32,000 nucleotides of DNA from an uncultured Fibrobacterota bacterium (GTDB lineage: Bacteria > Fibrobacterota > Fibrobacteria > Fibrobacterales > Fibrobacteraceae): contig CAIRAY010000100.1 of the NCBI GenBank assembly GCA_903876665.1, positions 22,228 through 54,227 on the forward strand, written 5' to 3'. Shown here in pieces: positions 18,561 to 27,456 of the stretch. Each line of letters starts with the position of its first letter. Position 1 is the first letter of the stretch. Position numbers and translations under genes: made by a program. Under the pieces are notes generated by a model. It was not told the DNA's origin. It was given only the letters and a program-made list of their open reading frames with translations, and did no database searches.

Positions 18561-19075
18561 TCTCCCTCCTTACGGGCGATAACGATGGCACCAATCACGG
18601 TGATCAGCAAGAGCAGGGAAATGATTTCAAAGGGAACCAAGAATCCGTTGGCACCAGGATCGAGGAACCGCAGACCAATATTCCGCATGGAAGCAAAATC
18701 GCTGGCCGCTGTCGCAGTCTTTGTGTTGACCAGGTAGCCAGCACGATCCAGTGCATGCAGAAATGTTCCCAGCATGGCGCTGCAAAGGGCAAAAGCGAGG
18801 ATCTTACGCATGGCGGGGGCAATTTCGGCCTTGTCGCCCAAACGGGAAGTCAGCAGAATAATGAAAATGACGAAGATAACCACGCCGCCAATGTATACAA
18901 GCACCTGGGCCACCGCGATGAATTCAGCAGAGAGCATTAGGTATAGAATGGCCGTTCCAAAAAAGGAACCAATCAGAGCAAGGGCCGAATGCAATATGTT
19001 CTTTGCGGTCACGGCCCAAATGGCGCTAACCAGCATGGCAAAGGCTACAATGTAGAAGCCGATATCTGCGATCAT
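18557..19075 (-). CDS. nuoJ: NDH-1 subunit J
   Basis: 172-aa hydrophobic protein in the expected operon position between nuoI and nuoK. 4-nt overlaps on both sides. Confidence 0.85.
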   Translation of the reverse strand: MIADIGFYIVAFAMLVSAIWAVTAKNILHSALALIGSFFGTAILYLMLSAEFIAVAQVLVYIGGVVIFVIFIILLTSRLGDKAEIAPAMRKILAFALCSAMLGTFLHALDRAGYLVNTKTATAASDFASMRNIGLRFLDPGANGFLVPFEIISLLLLITVIGAIVIARKEGE

Positions 19076-19533
19076 CCTCTTCCTTCCTTCTTGTTCAAAA
19101 TCAGGTCGAACCCGTCGCGCTGGGTGCGTGCGTGTTCAAAGCCGTTGCCCATGTGAATGGCGTCAAAGGGGCAGGCTTCAATGCAGAGTCCGCACAAGGT
19201 GCATTGGTCAATGCGGTAGATATACTTCCCAAGGACTTTTTTGCCTGCGATATTTTTGGTATTAAGAACCGAAATGGTGGCATTGGGGCAGGCTTTTTCG
19301 CACAACGTGCACCCGGTGCATTTGTGGTCGCCATTCTCGTCATGGGGCATGATCACTTCACCACGGAATGCGGGGTGAAGCTTTAGAGTCTTGCGGTTTT
19401 CCGGGTATTGTTCCGTGAGGATGCGACTTGGGCGGAAGAAGTAGCCCAAGGTCACGGACATGCCCTTCAGAAGGCCCAAAGCCCCCAGAACGGTCCGTTT
19501 GAAATAGGTATCAAGAATAACAGGCGCAGCCAT
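19072..19533 (-). CDS. nuoI: NDH-1 subunit I (2x[4Fe-4S] ferredoxin-type)
   Basis: Two CxxCxxCxxxCP motifs: CTGCTLCEKACP and CTLCGLCIEACP. Confidence 0.92.
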   Translation of the reverse strand: MAAPVILDTYFKRTVLGALGLLKGMSVTLGYFFRPSRILTEQYPENRKTLKLHPAFRGEVIMPHDENGDHKCTGCTLCEKACPNATISVLNTKNIAGKKVLGKYIYRIDQCTLCGLCIEACPFDAIHMGNGFEHARTQRDGFDLILNKKEGRG

Positions 19534-19542
19534 ATAAAATCC

Positions 19543-20655
19543 TTATGGAAGAATCAGGCCAAAGGCGATGAAGACGGCACCGAGCCCAAGCAGGATCAGG
19601 TTCGCAGGGAGGAGGAACTTCCACTCGAGGGACATGAGCTGGTCCACGCGGGGGCGAGGGTAGGTCCAACGGAAGAACATGAAAAGGGTAATGAGGAACA
19701 GGATTTTGCCTGCCATCCAGAAGAAGCCAGGGAGAATGGCCAAGGCGCCGTTGATGCTCGCGACTACTCCGACAATGGGGGCAAACCCGAAGTCAGGGAA
19801 GGCGAAGGGCAAGAATCCACCCAGGAAGAACACCGAAGCCAAGGCGGAAGTTGCCACCATGTTGATGTATTCCGCCAGGAAGAACATGGCAAATGCGGTT
19901 GAAGAGTACTCCGTGTGGAAGCCTGCGGTGAGTTCTTGTTCGGCCTCGGACATGTCAAACGGGCCACGGTTCAGCTCGGCAGTCGCGGAAATCATATACA
20001 TGACAAAAGCAGCGATTCCGAGGAAAGGAGCTTTGATAATCCACCAGTCCGTCACGTTGCCTTGTTGACTTAAAACGATTTCACGCACATCGGCGGAACC
20101 GGACATCAGGACAACAAATAGCATAATGAGGGAAAGGGAGACTTCGTAGCTGATCATTTGCGCGCCACAGCGGAGAGCACCGAGCAAGGAAAATTTATTG
20201 TTGGAGGACCAGCCGGCAAGGAGGGTTCCGAGAATACCCAGGGAAGAGACGGCGATAATGAACGGAACACCCATGCCAGGGTTTGCAACTTGGAGGTTGT
20301 GATCCCAAGGAATGACGGCGAGCACCAGGAAGGAACCGGTAAGCGGAAGTGCTGGGGCTAAAAAGAAAAGAAGCTTGTCAGCACCATGGGGCGTGATTAA
20401 TTCCTTGAAAAGTAATTTGATCACGTCGCAAACGGTTTGCAGCAAACCCCAAGGACCCACGCGCATGGGCCCAAGACGAGCCTGGGTGAAGGCCGCGACC
20501 TTACGTTCCCACCAGATCAGCATGGGCGAAGGACCCACACCGACAGCCATAATAGCCACGATGGCGATGACTCCGTTTACAATGGACGCAACCCAGGAGT
20601 AGGGAGAATATTCCCTAACCAGGTCACCGATGAAATTAGTTGTCGAAAGATCCAT
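19543..20655 (-). CDS. nuoH: NDH-1 subunit H
   Basis: 370-aa polytopic protein with the NuoH/ND1 motifs RVGPWGLLQTVCDVIKLLFKE and EAEQELTAGFHTEYSS. Confidence 0.92.
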   Translation of the reverse strand: MDLSTTNFIGDLVREYSPYSWVASIVNGVIAIVAIMAVGVGPSPMLIWWERKVAAFTQARLGPMRVGPWGLLQTVCDVIKLLFKELITPHGADKLLFFLAPALPLTGSFLVLAVIPWDHNLQVANPGMGVPFIIAVSSLGILGTLLAGWSSNNKFSLLGALRCGAQMISYEVSLSLIMLFVVLMSGSADVREIVLSQQGNVTDWWIIKAPFLGIAAFVMYMISATAELNRGPFDMSEAEQELTAGFHTEYSSTAFAMFFLAEYINMVATSALASVFFLGGFLPFAFPDFGFAPIVGVVASINGALAILPGFFWMAGKILFLITLFMFFRWTYPRPRVDQLMSLEWKFLLPANLILLGLGAVFIAFGLILP

Positions 20656-20670
20656 GGAAAAGCTTCCTAA

Positions 20671-21819
20671 TTAGCGATCGATGTCTGGGATCAGAATGTC
20701 GAGGGTGGTGATGACCGTGACCACGTCCGCGATCATGTGGCCTTTCACCATTTTACCGATGGGGCTCAGATTCGCGAAATTTGGCGAGCGGCTATGAATG
20801 CGCCAAGGCTTGTCACCCTTTTCTGCCACCACGTAGGTCCCGAAAATCCCTTTGGCCGTTTCCGTTGCCGCGTAATAGGAGCCAGCGGGAAGGCGATAGG
20901 AGGGCTTTTCTTTGGACCGGTATGGGCCTTCGGGAATCTGCTCGATGCACTGTTGCAGAATGCGGATGGACTGACGAATTTCATCAATATGAATGACATA
21001 TCGATCAAAGCTGTCCCCGTTCTGTTTGGTAGGAACATCAAAGTCCAGACGGTCGTATATGGAATAGGGATCGTCCTTGCGCAGGTCGTATGGGACACCG
21101 GAGGCACGCAGCACGCAGCCGGTGCAGCCATAGGCGATTGCATCTTCGCGTGTCAGGATTCCAATACCACGGGACCGTTCCTGGATGATCACATTTCCGG
21201 TGATGAGGCGGTCGAACTCTTCGAGAGTGCGCTCCACATCAACGATCACCTTCTTCACGCGGGCAATGAAGGTGTCCGGGATGTCATTGGCGACTCCACC
21301 GGGACGGAAGTAGTTCATGGTCAGGCGGGCACCACAAAGCTCATCGAAAATATCGGTGATGACTTCGCGTTCCTTGAATCCATACAGCAATGCAGTTTGT
21401 GCGCCAAGATCACCGCCAAAACACCCGAACATCATGAGATGGGAGGAGATGCGGTTCAGCTCAAGCACCATGACGCGGATGTATTCTGCGCGGTCAGGAA
21501 CACCAATACCCACGGCCTTCTCAATCGCCATGCACACCGAATGGTTATTCATGTGGCTGGTGAGGTAGTCCATGCGGTCGGTGAGGTGCACATATTGCAA
21601 ATAGGTTTCGCTCTCGGCCTGTTTTTCGATGCCACGATGAATGTAGCCCAGGTGAGGGACGCATTCGCGCACGGTTTCGCCATCAAGACGGAGGACCAGG
21701 CGGAGAACTCCGTGGGTCGCAGGATGCTGCGGGCCCATGTTGATGAAGTATTCTTCGGTATTGTCGTCGCCGGAAACCTTTTGGAAGCCAGCGGGCAGAG
21801 GACGTTTCACCATCTCCAT
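20671..21819 (-). CDS. nuoD: NDH-1 subunit D (49-kDa subunit)
   Basis: 382 aa with the N-terminal INMGPQHPATHGVLRL motif and a C-terminal DIDR. Its start shares one nt with the nuoBC stop (TGATG). Confidence 0.93.
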   Translation of the reverse strand: MEMVKRPLPAGFQKVSGDDNTEEYFINMGPQHPATHGVLRLVLRLDGETVRECVPHLGYIHRGIEKQAESETYLQYVHLTDRMDYLTSHMNNHSVCMAIEKAVGIGVPDRAEYIRVMVLELNRISSHLMMFGCFGGDLGAQTALLYGFKEREVITDIFDELCGARLTMNYFRPGGVANDIPDTFIARVKKVIVDVERTLEEFDRLITGNVIIQERSRGIGILTREDAIAYGCTGCVLRASGVPYDLRKDDPYSIYDRLDFDVPTKQNGDSFDRYVIHIDEIRQSIRILQQCIEQIPEGPYRSKEKPSYRLPAGSYYAATETAKGIFGTYVVAEKGDKPWRIHSRSPNFANLSPIGKMVKGHMIADVVTVITTLDILIPDIDR

Positions 21820-23087
21820 CAGTAGGGCCTCTTGATGATGTTCGGATTTACGAAATCTTTGCGCAGAGGATATCCAACGAAGTCATCCTCCATGAACAAG
21901 CGGCGCATGTCGGGGTGACCGGTAAAGTCGATTCCGAACATATCGTATACTTCGCGCTCTTTCCAATTCGCCGCGGGCCAAAGGCCAGACAGGGTAGGGA
22001 CGGAAGCGAGAATTGCTGTGGGAGCTTCTTCGGGGCTGACTTCCTTTTTGGGAAGCGAAACGCGGAAGAAGACCTTTTGTCCCTGAGTCACCGAAAGGAG
22101 CTGCACCACCACATCGAAGTGGTCCGTGAAGTCAACAGCAGTAAGGTCCAAAAGCATTTCCAAGCTCAGGTCGGGAGTTTGTTTGAGGAAGGTTGCCAAA
22201 GCAACATATTGATCCACCGGGACTTCGAAATCGAGCGTGTAGTCGGTTCCCAAAGCTTCTACGGCTGCGGTATCGGAAACCTCATGGTCGCCCAGCTCCT
22301 TCTTATAGAGCTTGAGACCGGGGAATTTGGCTTGGATCAGTTTCCACAATTCGAGGTTCGATTTTCCCCGGGGACGATCAGGCTTGCGAGGTACTTCAGG
22401 GAAGGCGGGCGCAACGACGCGAACCGCTTTAAAGGCCTGGTAATCCGGATTTTCTTCCTTGAACTTGGCGCGGGCTTCCGCTTGTTCCTGGTCCTTGATT
22501 TTTTCCAGGGCGTCCCAGGCTTTGGCTGCATCGGACCAAGTGTTTGTTGCTGGCTTGGTATAGATTTCGTGTTCATGCCAAGTATTGCGTAGGCTTTCTG
22601 TCTTGCGGATTTTTTCCTGCAGCATCAGCAGGCCGTTGAACAAAGCTTCGGGACGGGGGGGGCAGCCAGGAATATAGACGTCAACTGGAAGGATTCGATC
22701 GGCACCTTTGACCACGGAATAATTGTCGTAATAAAATGGTCCACCTGAAATGGTGCATGCACCCATGGCGATCACATATTTGGGCCCGGACATTTGATCA
22801 TAAAGAGTTTTGAGGGGGCCGGCCATTTTTTCGGTGATGGTTCCTGCAAGGATAATCAGGTCGCATTGACGGGGGCTTGCACGGAACACTTCGGAACCGA
22901 AGCGTGAAATGTCGTAGCGGGGAGCGGCGGCAGCCATCATTTCGATGGCGCAACAGCTGGTGCCGTAGGTGAGTGGCCATATCGAATTGGAGCGGGCCCA
23001 ATTGATGATGTAGCTCACAGCGTCAATCATGGTTTTTCCGCCTGGAAGCGGGTCAACGATGGGAGGCAATTTGTGCATTAACCCCAT
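21819..23087 (-). CDS. nuoBC: Fused NDH-1 subunits B and C (NuoB domain aa ~1-163, charged linker ~164-243, NuoC domain ~244-422)
   Basis: NuoB N2-cluster ligands are present ([26 protein letters not shown]). The C-terminal part has the NuoC/30-kDa signature [28 protein letters not shown]. It is a single uninterrupted 422-codon ORF. Confidence 0.9.
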   Translation of the reverse strand: MGLMHKLPPIVDPLPGGKTMIDAVSYIINWARSNSIWPLTYGTSCCAIEMMAAAAPRYDISRFGSEVFRASPRQCDLIILAGTITEKMAGPLKTLYDQMSGPKYVIAMGACTISGGPFYYDNYSVVKGADRILPVDVYIPGCPPRPEALFNGLLMLQEKIRKTESLRNTWHEHEIYTKPATNTWSDAAKAWDALEKIKDQEQAEARAKFKEENPDYQAFKAVRVVAPAFPEVPRKPDRPRGKSNLELWKLIQAKFPGLKLYKKELGDHEVSDTAAVEALGTDYTLDFEVPVDQYVALATFLKQTPDLSLEMLLDLTAVDFTDHFDVVVQLLSVTQGQKVFFRVSLPKKEVSPEEAPTAILASVPTLSGLWPAANWKEREVYDMFGIDFTGHPDMRRLFMEDDFVGYPLRKDFVNPNIIKRPY

Positions 23088-23458
23088 TTGAGGGCTCCTT
23101 TCCGCCAGGCATAGACGAGGCCTGCACCGAGAATGAAGATGAAGAGCCCCAAATCCGCCATGACGATGAAGGCCGTCAGGCCGGAAACTCCGCCGATTGC
23201 CTCGCGGAAGACCGCCGCACAGGGGAAGAGAAAGAGGGCTTCGATGTCAAAGATGAGGAAGAGAAGCGCAAATAGGTAGTAGCCTACTTTGAACTGGATG
23301 CGGGCGTCACCGAAGGTTTCCACACCGCATTCGTATGCTTCGTTCTTTTTAGCATTTGGGCCTGATTCAAAGGCGATTAACTTCGCAGTCAGCATAGCTG
23401 AGCCGGCCATGAAGGCGCCAAGGAATAAAAAAGAGGCCAGGGGCAAATATTCTTGCAT
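23078..23458 (-). CDS. nuoA: NDH-1 subunit A
   Basis: 126 aa with three TM helices and the NuoA/ND3 motif YECGVE...[13 protein letters not shown]. First gene of the operon. Confidence 0.9.
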   Translation of the reverse strand: MQEYLPLASFLFLGAFMAGSAMLTAKLIAFESGPNAKKNEAYECGVETFGDARIQFKVGYYLFALLFLIFDIEALFLFPCAAVFREAIGGVSGLTAFIVMADLGLFIFILGAGLVYAWRKGALKWG

Positions 23459-23485
23459 AGTTTCCCTAGGATCGAGGACGGGCGC

Positions 23486-23513
23486 AAGATAGAATTGTTC
23501 CCCTTTTTTTCAA
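23486..23513 (-). promoter_or_regulatory. Candidate nuo operon promoter
   Basis: Minus strand TTGAAA-N16-TATCTT, with the -10 ending 27 nt upstream of the nuoA ATG. Pattern match only. Confidence 0.3.
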
Positions 23514-23639
23514 GTCTCGACCGTCAGAAAAGGTGGTTAAATTCTTCTAATTGGACATTGACTGGCAAGTCAAATCCATCCATCGGACCACATGGCATGG
23601 TTCAACCATTTCGACCGGTCATTCAGATGGGTGTAGCTA

Positions 23640-23667
23640 TTGGCCAATTTGCCAAAATTTGTAGATT
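23640..23667 (+). promoter_or_regulatory. Candidate PFOR (nifJ) promoter
   Basis: TTGGCC-N16-TAGATT, ending 50 nt upstream of ATG 23718. The same TAGATT(T) element occurs upstream of htpG. Pattern match only. Confidence 0.3.
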
Positions 23668-23717
23668 TAGCGAAGTCTGTATCAAGTGATTGTTATTGAA
23701 TCCCATTTGGAGAAATT

Positions 23718-26700
23718 ATGAGCGAAAAGAAAATGGTTTGTATGGACGGAAACGAGGCTGCGTCCTCGATCGCCCACAAAGTGAGCGAAGTGATTGCAAT
23801 CTACCCAATCACACCTTCGTCCAACATGTCCGAAAACTGTGATGCGTGGTCCGCCCAGGGCAAGAAGAATATTTGGGGCCAAGTTCCCCGCGTGATCGAG
23901 CTGCAGTCCGAAGGCGGTGCAATCGCAACCGTTCACGGATCGCTTCAGGCTGGTGCCTTGACGACCACTTTTACTGCATCTCAGGGTTTGCTCCTGATGA
24001 TCCCGAATTTTTACAAAATCGCCGGCGAACTTACGCCTGCCGTTTTCCATGTATCGGCTCGCGCCCTTGCGGCCCAAGGCCTCTCCATTTTTGGCGACCA
24101 TTCCGACATCATGGCCATGCGCCAAACGGGCTTTGTTCTGCTTTCTTCCTCCAGCGTGCAGGAAGCCCAGGATATCGCACTGATTTCTCACTCCGCCACT
24201 CTCAAGGCCTCTCTCCCATTCGTTCATTTCTTTGACGGTTTCCGAACCTCCCATGAAGTGATGAAGATCGAAGTCGTTTCCGACGACCAGATTTCCTCCA
24301 TGATCGACCAAAAGCTCGTGACCAAGTTCCGCAACCGTGCCCTCACGCCAGACGCACCAGTCATGCGCGGAACCGCTCAGAATCCCGATGTCTACTTCCA
24401 GGGTCGTGAGACTGTCAATCCCTACTACAATGCAACTCCGGGCATCGTTCAAGATACCATGGATCAATTTGCCAAGATGACAGGCCGCCAATACAAGTTG
24501 GTGGAATACTTTGGCGCCAAGGATGCCGAGCGCATCGTGGTGATCATGGGTTCCGGCGTCCATCCAGTCAAGGCAGCCATCGAAGCGCTTATGGCCCAAG
24601 GCGAAAAGGTTGGAGTCATCTACATCCGCCTCTGGCGTCCATTCCCTTCCGAACAGTTCATTGCAGCCCTTCCAAGCACAGTCAAGTCCATCGCGGTCCT
24701 CGACCGTTGCAAGGAGCCCGGTTCCGCAGCCGAGCCACTCGCTCAGGACGTGGTGACCGCTATTGCCGACGCCCTCATGACGGGTGCATCCAAACTCGCT
24801 CTGCCACGCGTCATCGGTGGTCGCTATGGTTTGGCTTCCAAGGAATTCACTCCTTCCATGGCCAAAGCCGTTCTGGACGAGCTGAAGAAGCCACAACCTA
24901 AGAACCGCTTCACCATTGGCATCAATGACGATCTCACCAACTCAAGCCTGTCCTGGGATGCAAATTGGACAATCGGTGCAGATTATTTCCAGGCCATGTT
25001 CTTTGGTCTTGGCGCTGACGGTACCGTGGGTGCGAACAAAAACTCCATCAAGATTATTGGTGAGTCCACACCCAATTACGCACAAGGTTACTTCGTTTAC
25101 GACTCCAAGAAGTCTGGTTCCATGACCACCTCGCATCTGCGTTTTGGAAAAAAGGAAATCCAGGCTCCTTACCTGATCGAAAAGGCCGACTTCATCGCCT
25201 GTCACCATACGCCGCATCTGGACCAGGTGGATATGCTGAACAACGCCAAGAAGGGAACAATATTCCTTCTCAACAGCACACATGCTGCAGATAAGGTCTG
25301 GGACATTTTCCCCAAAACGGTTCAGGCTGCCATCATCGAAAACCAAATGAAGGTTTTTGTCATCGATGCCTACCATGTCGCCAAAGAAACCGGCATGGGC
25401 CGTCGCATCAACTCCATCATGCAGACTTGCTTCTTTGCCATCTCGGGCATTCTTCCTCGCCAGGAAGCCATCGACCATATCAAATACGCCATCAAGAAGA
25501 CATACTCCAAGAAGGGCGATGCCGTGGTAAAGATGAACTGGGATGCGGTGGACCGCACCCTGGAATTCCTGCACGAAGTTAAGATTCCAGCCACGGTGAC
25601 CACCACAAAGGGCATGCGCCAGTCTGTCTCGGACAAGGCTCCAAATTTTGTGAAGACCGTCTCCGCTGAGCTGATGTTTGGCCGTGGCGACGCTCTTCCA
25701 ACCAGCATGATGCCTGCGGACGGCACCTGGCCCACCGCTACCGCCCGTTGGGAAAAGCGCGATCTGACTTTGGAAATCCCCGTGTGGGAGCCCGATCTCT
25801 GCATCCAATGTGGAAAGTGTGCCCTGGTTTGCCCACATGCAACGATCCGCACCAAGATCATTGATTCCTCCTTGCTCGGTACCGCCCCAGAAGGCTTCAA
25901 GGTCATCAAGGCGAACAAAGCCTTTAAGATGGATGGCGATCCCATGTTCGCCATCTCCGTCTCGCCTTATGACTGCACCGGTTGCACAGTTTGTGTGGAC
26001 GCTTGCCCTGCCAAGGACAAGACCAATCCTGACCGCAAGGCCATCAACATGGCTGCGCAACCCGACATCGCTGTCCGCGAAGGCAAATGCTGGGACTTTT
26101 TCGTGGACGCTCCCGAAGTGGATCGCTCCAAGATCGGAAACCGCATTCAGCCCCAGAACGCCATGCTTCTCGAACCTCTGTTCGAGTTCTCCGGCGCTTG
26201 CCCAGGCTGTGGCGAAACACCTTATGTCAAGCTCACCAGCCAGCTCTTCGGTGACCGCATGATTATTGCCAATGCCACCGGTTGTTCCTCGATCTACGGT
26301 GGCAATTTGCCTACCACACCTTGGGCCAAGAACAAGCAGGGACGTGGTCCAACCTGGTCCAATTCCTTGTTTGAGGACAACGCAGAATTCGGTCTCGGCA
26401 TGCGTCTCGCGGTGAACAAGCACGCTCAACAGGCCTTGCTTCTCGTCGACAAGCTTGCTGACAAAATCGGCGCGGAACTTGTCGCTGCGATCAAGACCCA
26501 GGACCAAACGGAAGAAACCGGCATTTTCGCCCAACGCGAAAACGTCCTCAAGCTCCGCAAAGCCCTCGAAGGGGTAAAGAGCGACGACGTGACCCTGTTG
26601 CTCGACATCGCAGACTATCTGGTCAAAAAGTCTGTCTGGATCATGGGCGGTGACGGCTGGGCCTACGATATCGGCTACGGTGGTCTCGACCACGTTCTCG

Positions 26701-27305
26701 CTTCGGGCGAAAACGTGAACGTGCTCGTGCTCGATACCGAAGTTTATTCCAACACGGGTGGACAATCCTCCAAGTCCACCAACCTGGGTGCAGTGGCTCA
26801 GTTCGCCGCAGCCGGAAAGCGTGCTGGCAAAAAGGATCTCGGTCTGATTGCTATGGCTTACAAGAACGTATACGTCGGTTATGTTGCGATGGGCTCCAAT
26901 AACGCACAAACGATCAAGACCTTCATTGAAGCCGAAAAGTACGATGGTCCGTCTTTGATCATTGCCTATAGCCCATGTATTGCCCACGGATTCGATTTGA
27001 GCGACATGCTCAACCACCAGGATCTCGCGGTCAAGTCCGGGTACTGGCAGCTGCTACGCTACAATCCATCCCTGGCTGCCGAAGGCAAAAATCCTCTGGT
27101 CATCGACGCCAAGGCTCCAAGCATCCCCGTGAAGGACTACATCTTCACCGAGAATCGCTATCGCCAGTTGCAACAGTCCAATCCGGACGTAGCCAACGCC
27201 CTTGCCGAGACTCTGCAGAAATCGATCAACGACCGTTGGGCCTTCTACGCCTATCAGGCTGCACAGGCCGGCTCCGCAACACCCGTTGAGGCCGCCAAGG
27301 TCTAA
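23718..27305 (+). CDS. nifJ: Pyruvate:ferredoxin (flavodoxin) oxidoreductase, single-polypeptide NifJ/YdbK type
   Basis: 1195 aa. N-terminal MDGNEAASSIAHKVSEVIAIYPITPSS. Internal 2x[4Fe-4S] domain (CIQCGKCALVCP, CTGCTVCVDACP). C-terminal TPP-binding GGDGWAYDIGYGGLDH. Confidence 0.95.
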   Translation: MSEKKMVCMDGNEAASSIAHKVSEVIAIYPITPSSNMSENCDAWSAQGKKNIWGQVPRVIELQSEGGAIATVHGSLQAGALTTTFTASQGLLLMIPNFYKIAGELTPAVFHVSARALAAQGLSIFGDHSDIMAMRQTGFVLLSSSSVQEAQDIALISHSATLKASLPFVHFFDGFRTSHEVMKIEVVSDDQISSMIDQKLVTKFRNRALTPDAPVMRGTAQNPDVYFQGRETVNPYYNATPGIVQDTMDQFAKMTGRQYKLVEYFGAKDAERIVVIMGSGVHPVKAAIEALMAQGEKVGVIYIRLWRPFPSEQFIAALPSTVKSIAVLDRCKEPGSAAEPLAQDVVTAIADALMTGASKLALPRVIGGRYGLASKEFTPSMAKAVLDELKKPQPKNRFTIGINDDLTNSSLSWDANWTIGADYFQAMFFGLGADGTVGANKNSIKIIGESTPNYAQGYFVYDSKKSGSMTTSHLRFGKKEIQAPYLIEKADFIACHHTPHLDQVDMLNNAKKGTIFLLNSTHAADKVWDIFPKTVQAAIIENQMKVFVIDAYHVAKETGMGRRINSIMQTCFFAISGILPRQEAIDHIKYAIKKTYSKKGDAVVKMNWDAVDRTLEFLHEVKIPATVTTTKGMRQSVSDKAPNFVKTVSAELMFGRGDALPTSMMPADGTWPTATARWEKRDLTLEIPVWEPDLCIQCGKCALVCPHATIRTKIIDSSLLGTAPEGFKVIKANKAFKMDGDPMFAISVSPYDCTGCTVCVDACPAKDKTNPDRKAINMAAQPDIAVREGKCWDFFVDAPEVDRSKIGNRIQPQNAMLLEPLFEFSGACPGCGETPYVKLTSQLFGDRMIIANATGCSSIYGGNLPTTPWAKNKQGRGPTWSNSLFEDNAEFGLGMRLAVNKHAQQALLLVDKLADKIGAELVAAIKTQDQTEETGIFAQRENVLKLRKALEGVKSDDVTLLLDIADYLVKKSVWIMGGDGWAYDIGYGGLDHVLASGENVNVLVLDTEVYSNTGGQSSKSTNLGAVAQFAAAGKRAGKKDLGLIAMAYKNVYVGYVAMGSNNAQTIKTFIEAEKYDGPSLIIAYSPCIAHGFDLSDMLNHQDLAVKSGYWQLLRYNPSLAAEGKNPLVIDAKAPSIPVKDYIFTENRYRQLQQSNPDVANALAETLQKSINDRWAFYAYQAAQAGSATPVEAAKV

Positions 27306-27323
27306 TCCGTCACCCAAATTCCC

Positions 27324-27361
27324 AAAGCCCGTCGCATGAACTTGCGGCGGGCTTTCCTTTT
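27324..27361 (+). terminator. Intrinsic terminator after nifJ
   Basis: AAAGCCCGTCGC-atgaactt-GCGGCGGGCTTT, a 12-bp GC-rich stem (one G-U), followed by CCTTTT, 19 nt after the stop codon. Confidence 0.7.
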
Positions 27362-27456
27362 GGGGTGAGGAGGATCACACAGGGGTTTTGTTTTCCCTTG
27401 GAACTAGGGTTCGCAGGGAGTAAATTCATTGCAAACAAACAAAAGAGGATTTGCCA

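Noticed and set aside
20737-21825. A 362-aa plus-strand ORF covering all of nuoD.
   Set aside because: It is in the same codon-complement frame as nuoD (both triplet series start at positions equal to 1 mod 3). The product is nonsense-like, and nuoD on the minus strand has unmistakable conserved motifs.
23453-23689. A 78-aa plus-strand ORF spanning the whole nuoA-nifJ intergenic region.
   Set aside because: Its ATG overlaps the nuoA start codon on the other strand. It has no RBS and runs through the predicted promoters of both flanking units. The sequence has no signal peptide, TM segment or known motif. It is probably a chance ORF in a 259-bp spacer.
23682-27017. Two very long antisense ORFs inside nifJ (404 aa at 23682-24896 and 691 aa at 24942-27017, minus strand).
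   Set aside because: Both lie in the exact codon-complement frame of nifJ (sense codons start at positions divisible by 3, as do the antisense triplets). Antisense stops can therefore arise only from sense TTA, CTA or TCA codons. Their absence reflects strong codon bias in a highly expressed gene. The translations are low-complexity (G/V/H/D-rich) with no recognisable motifs, start context or RBS.
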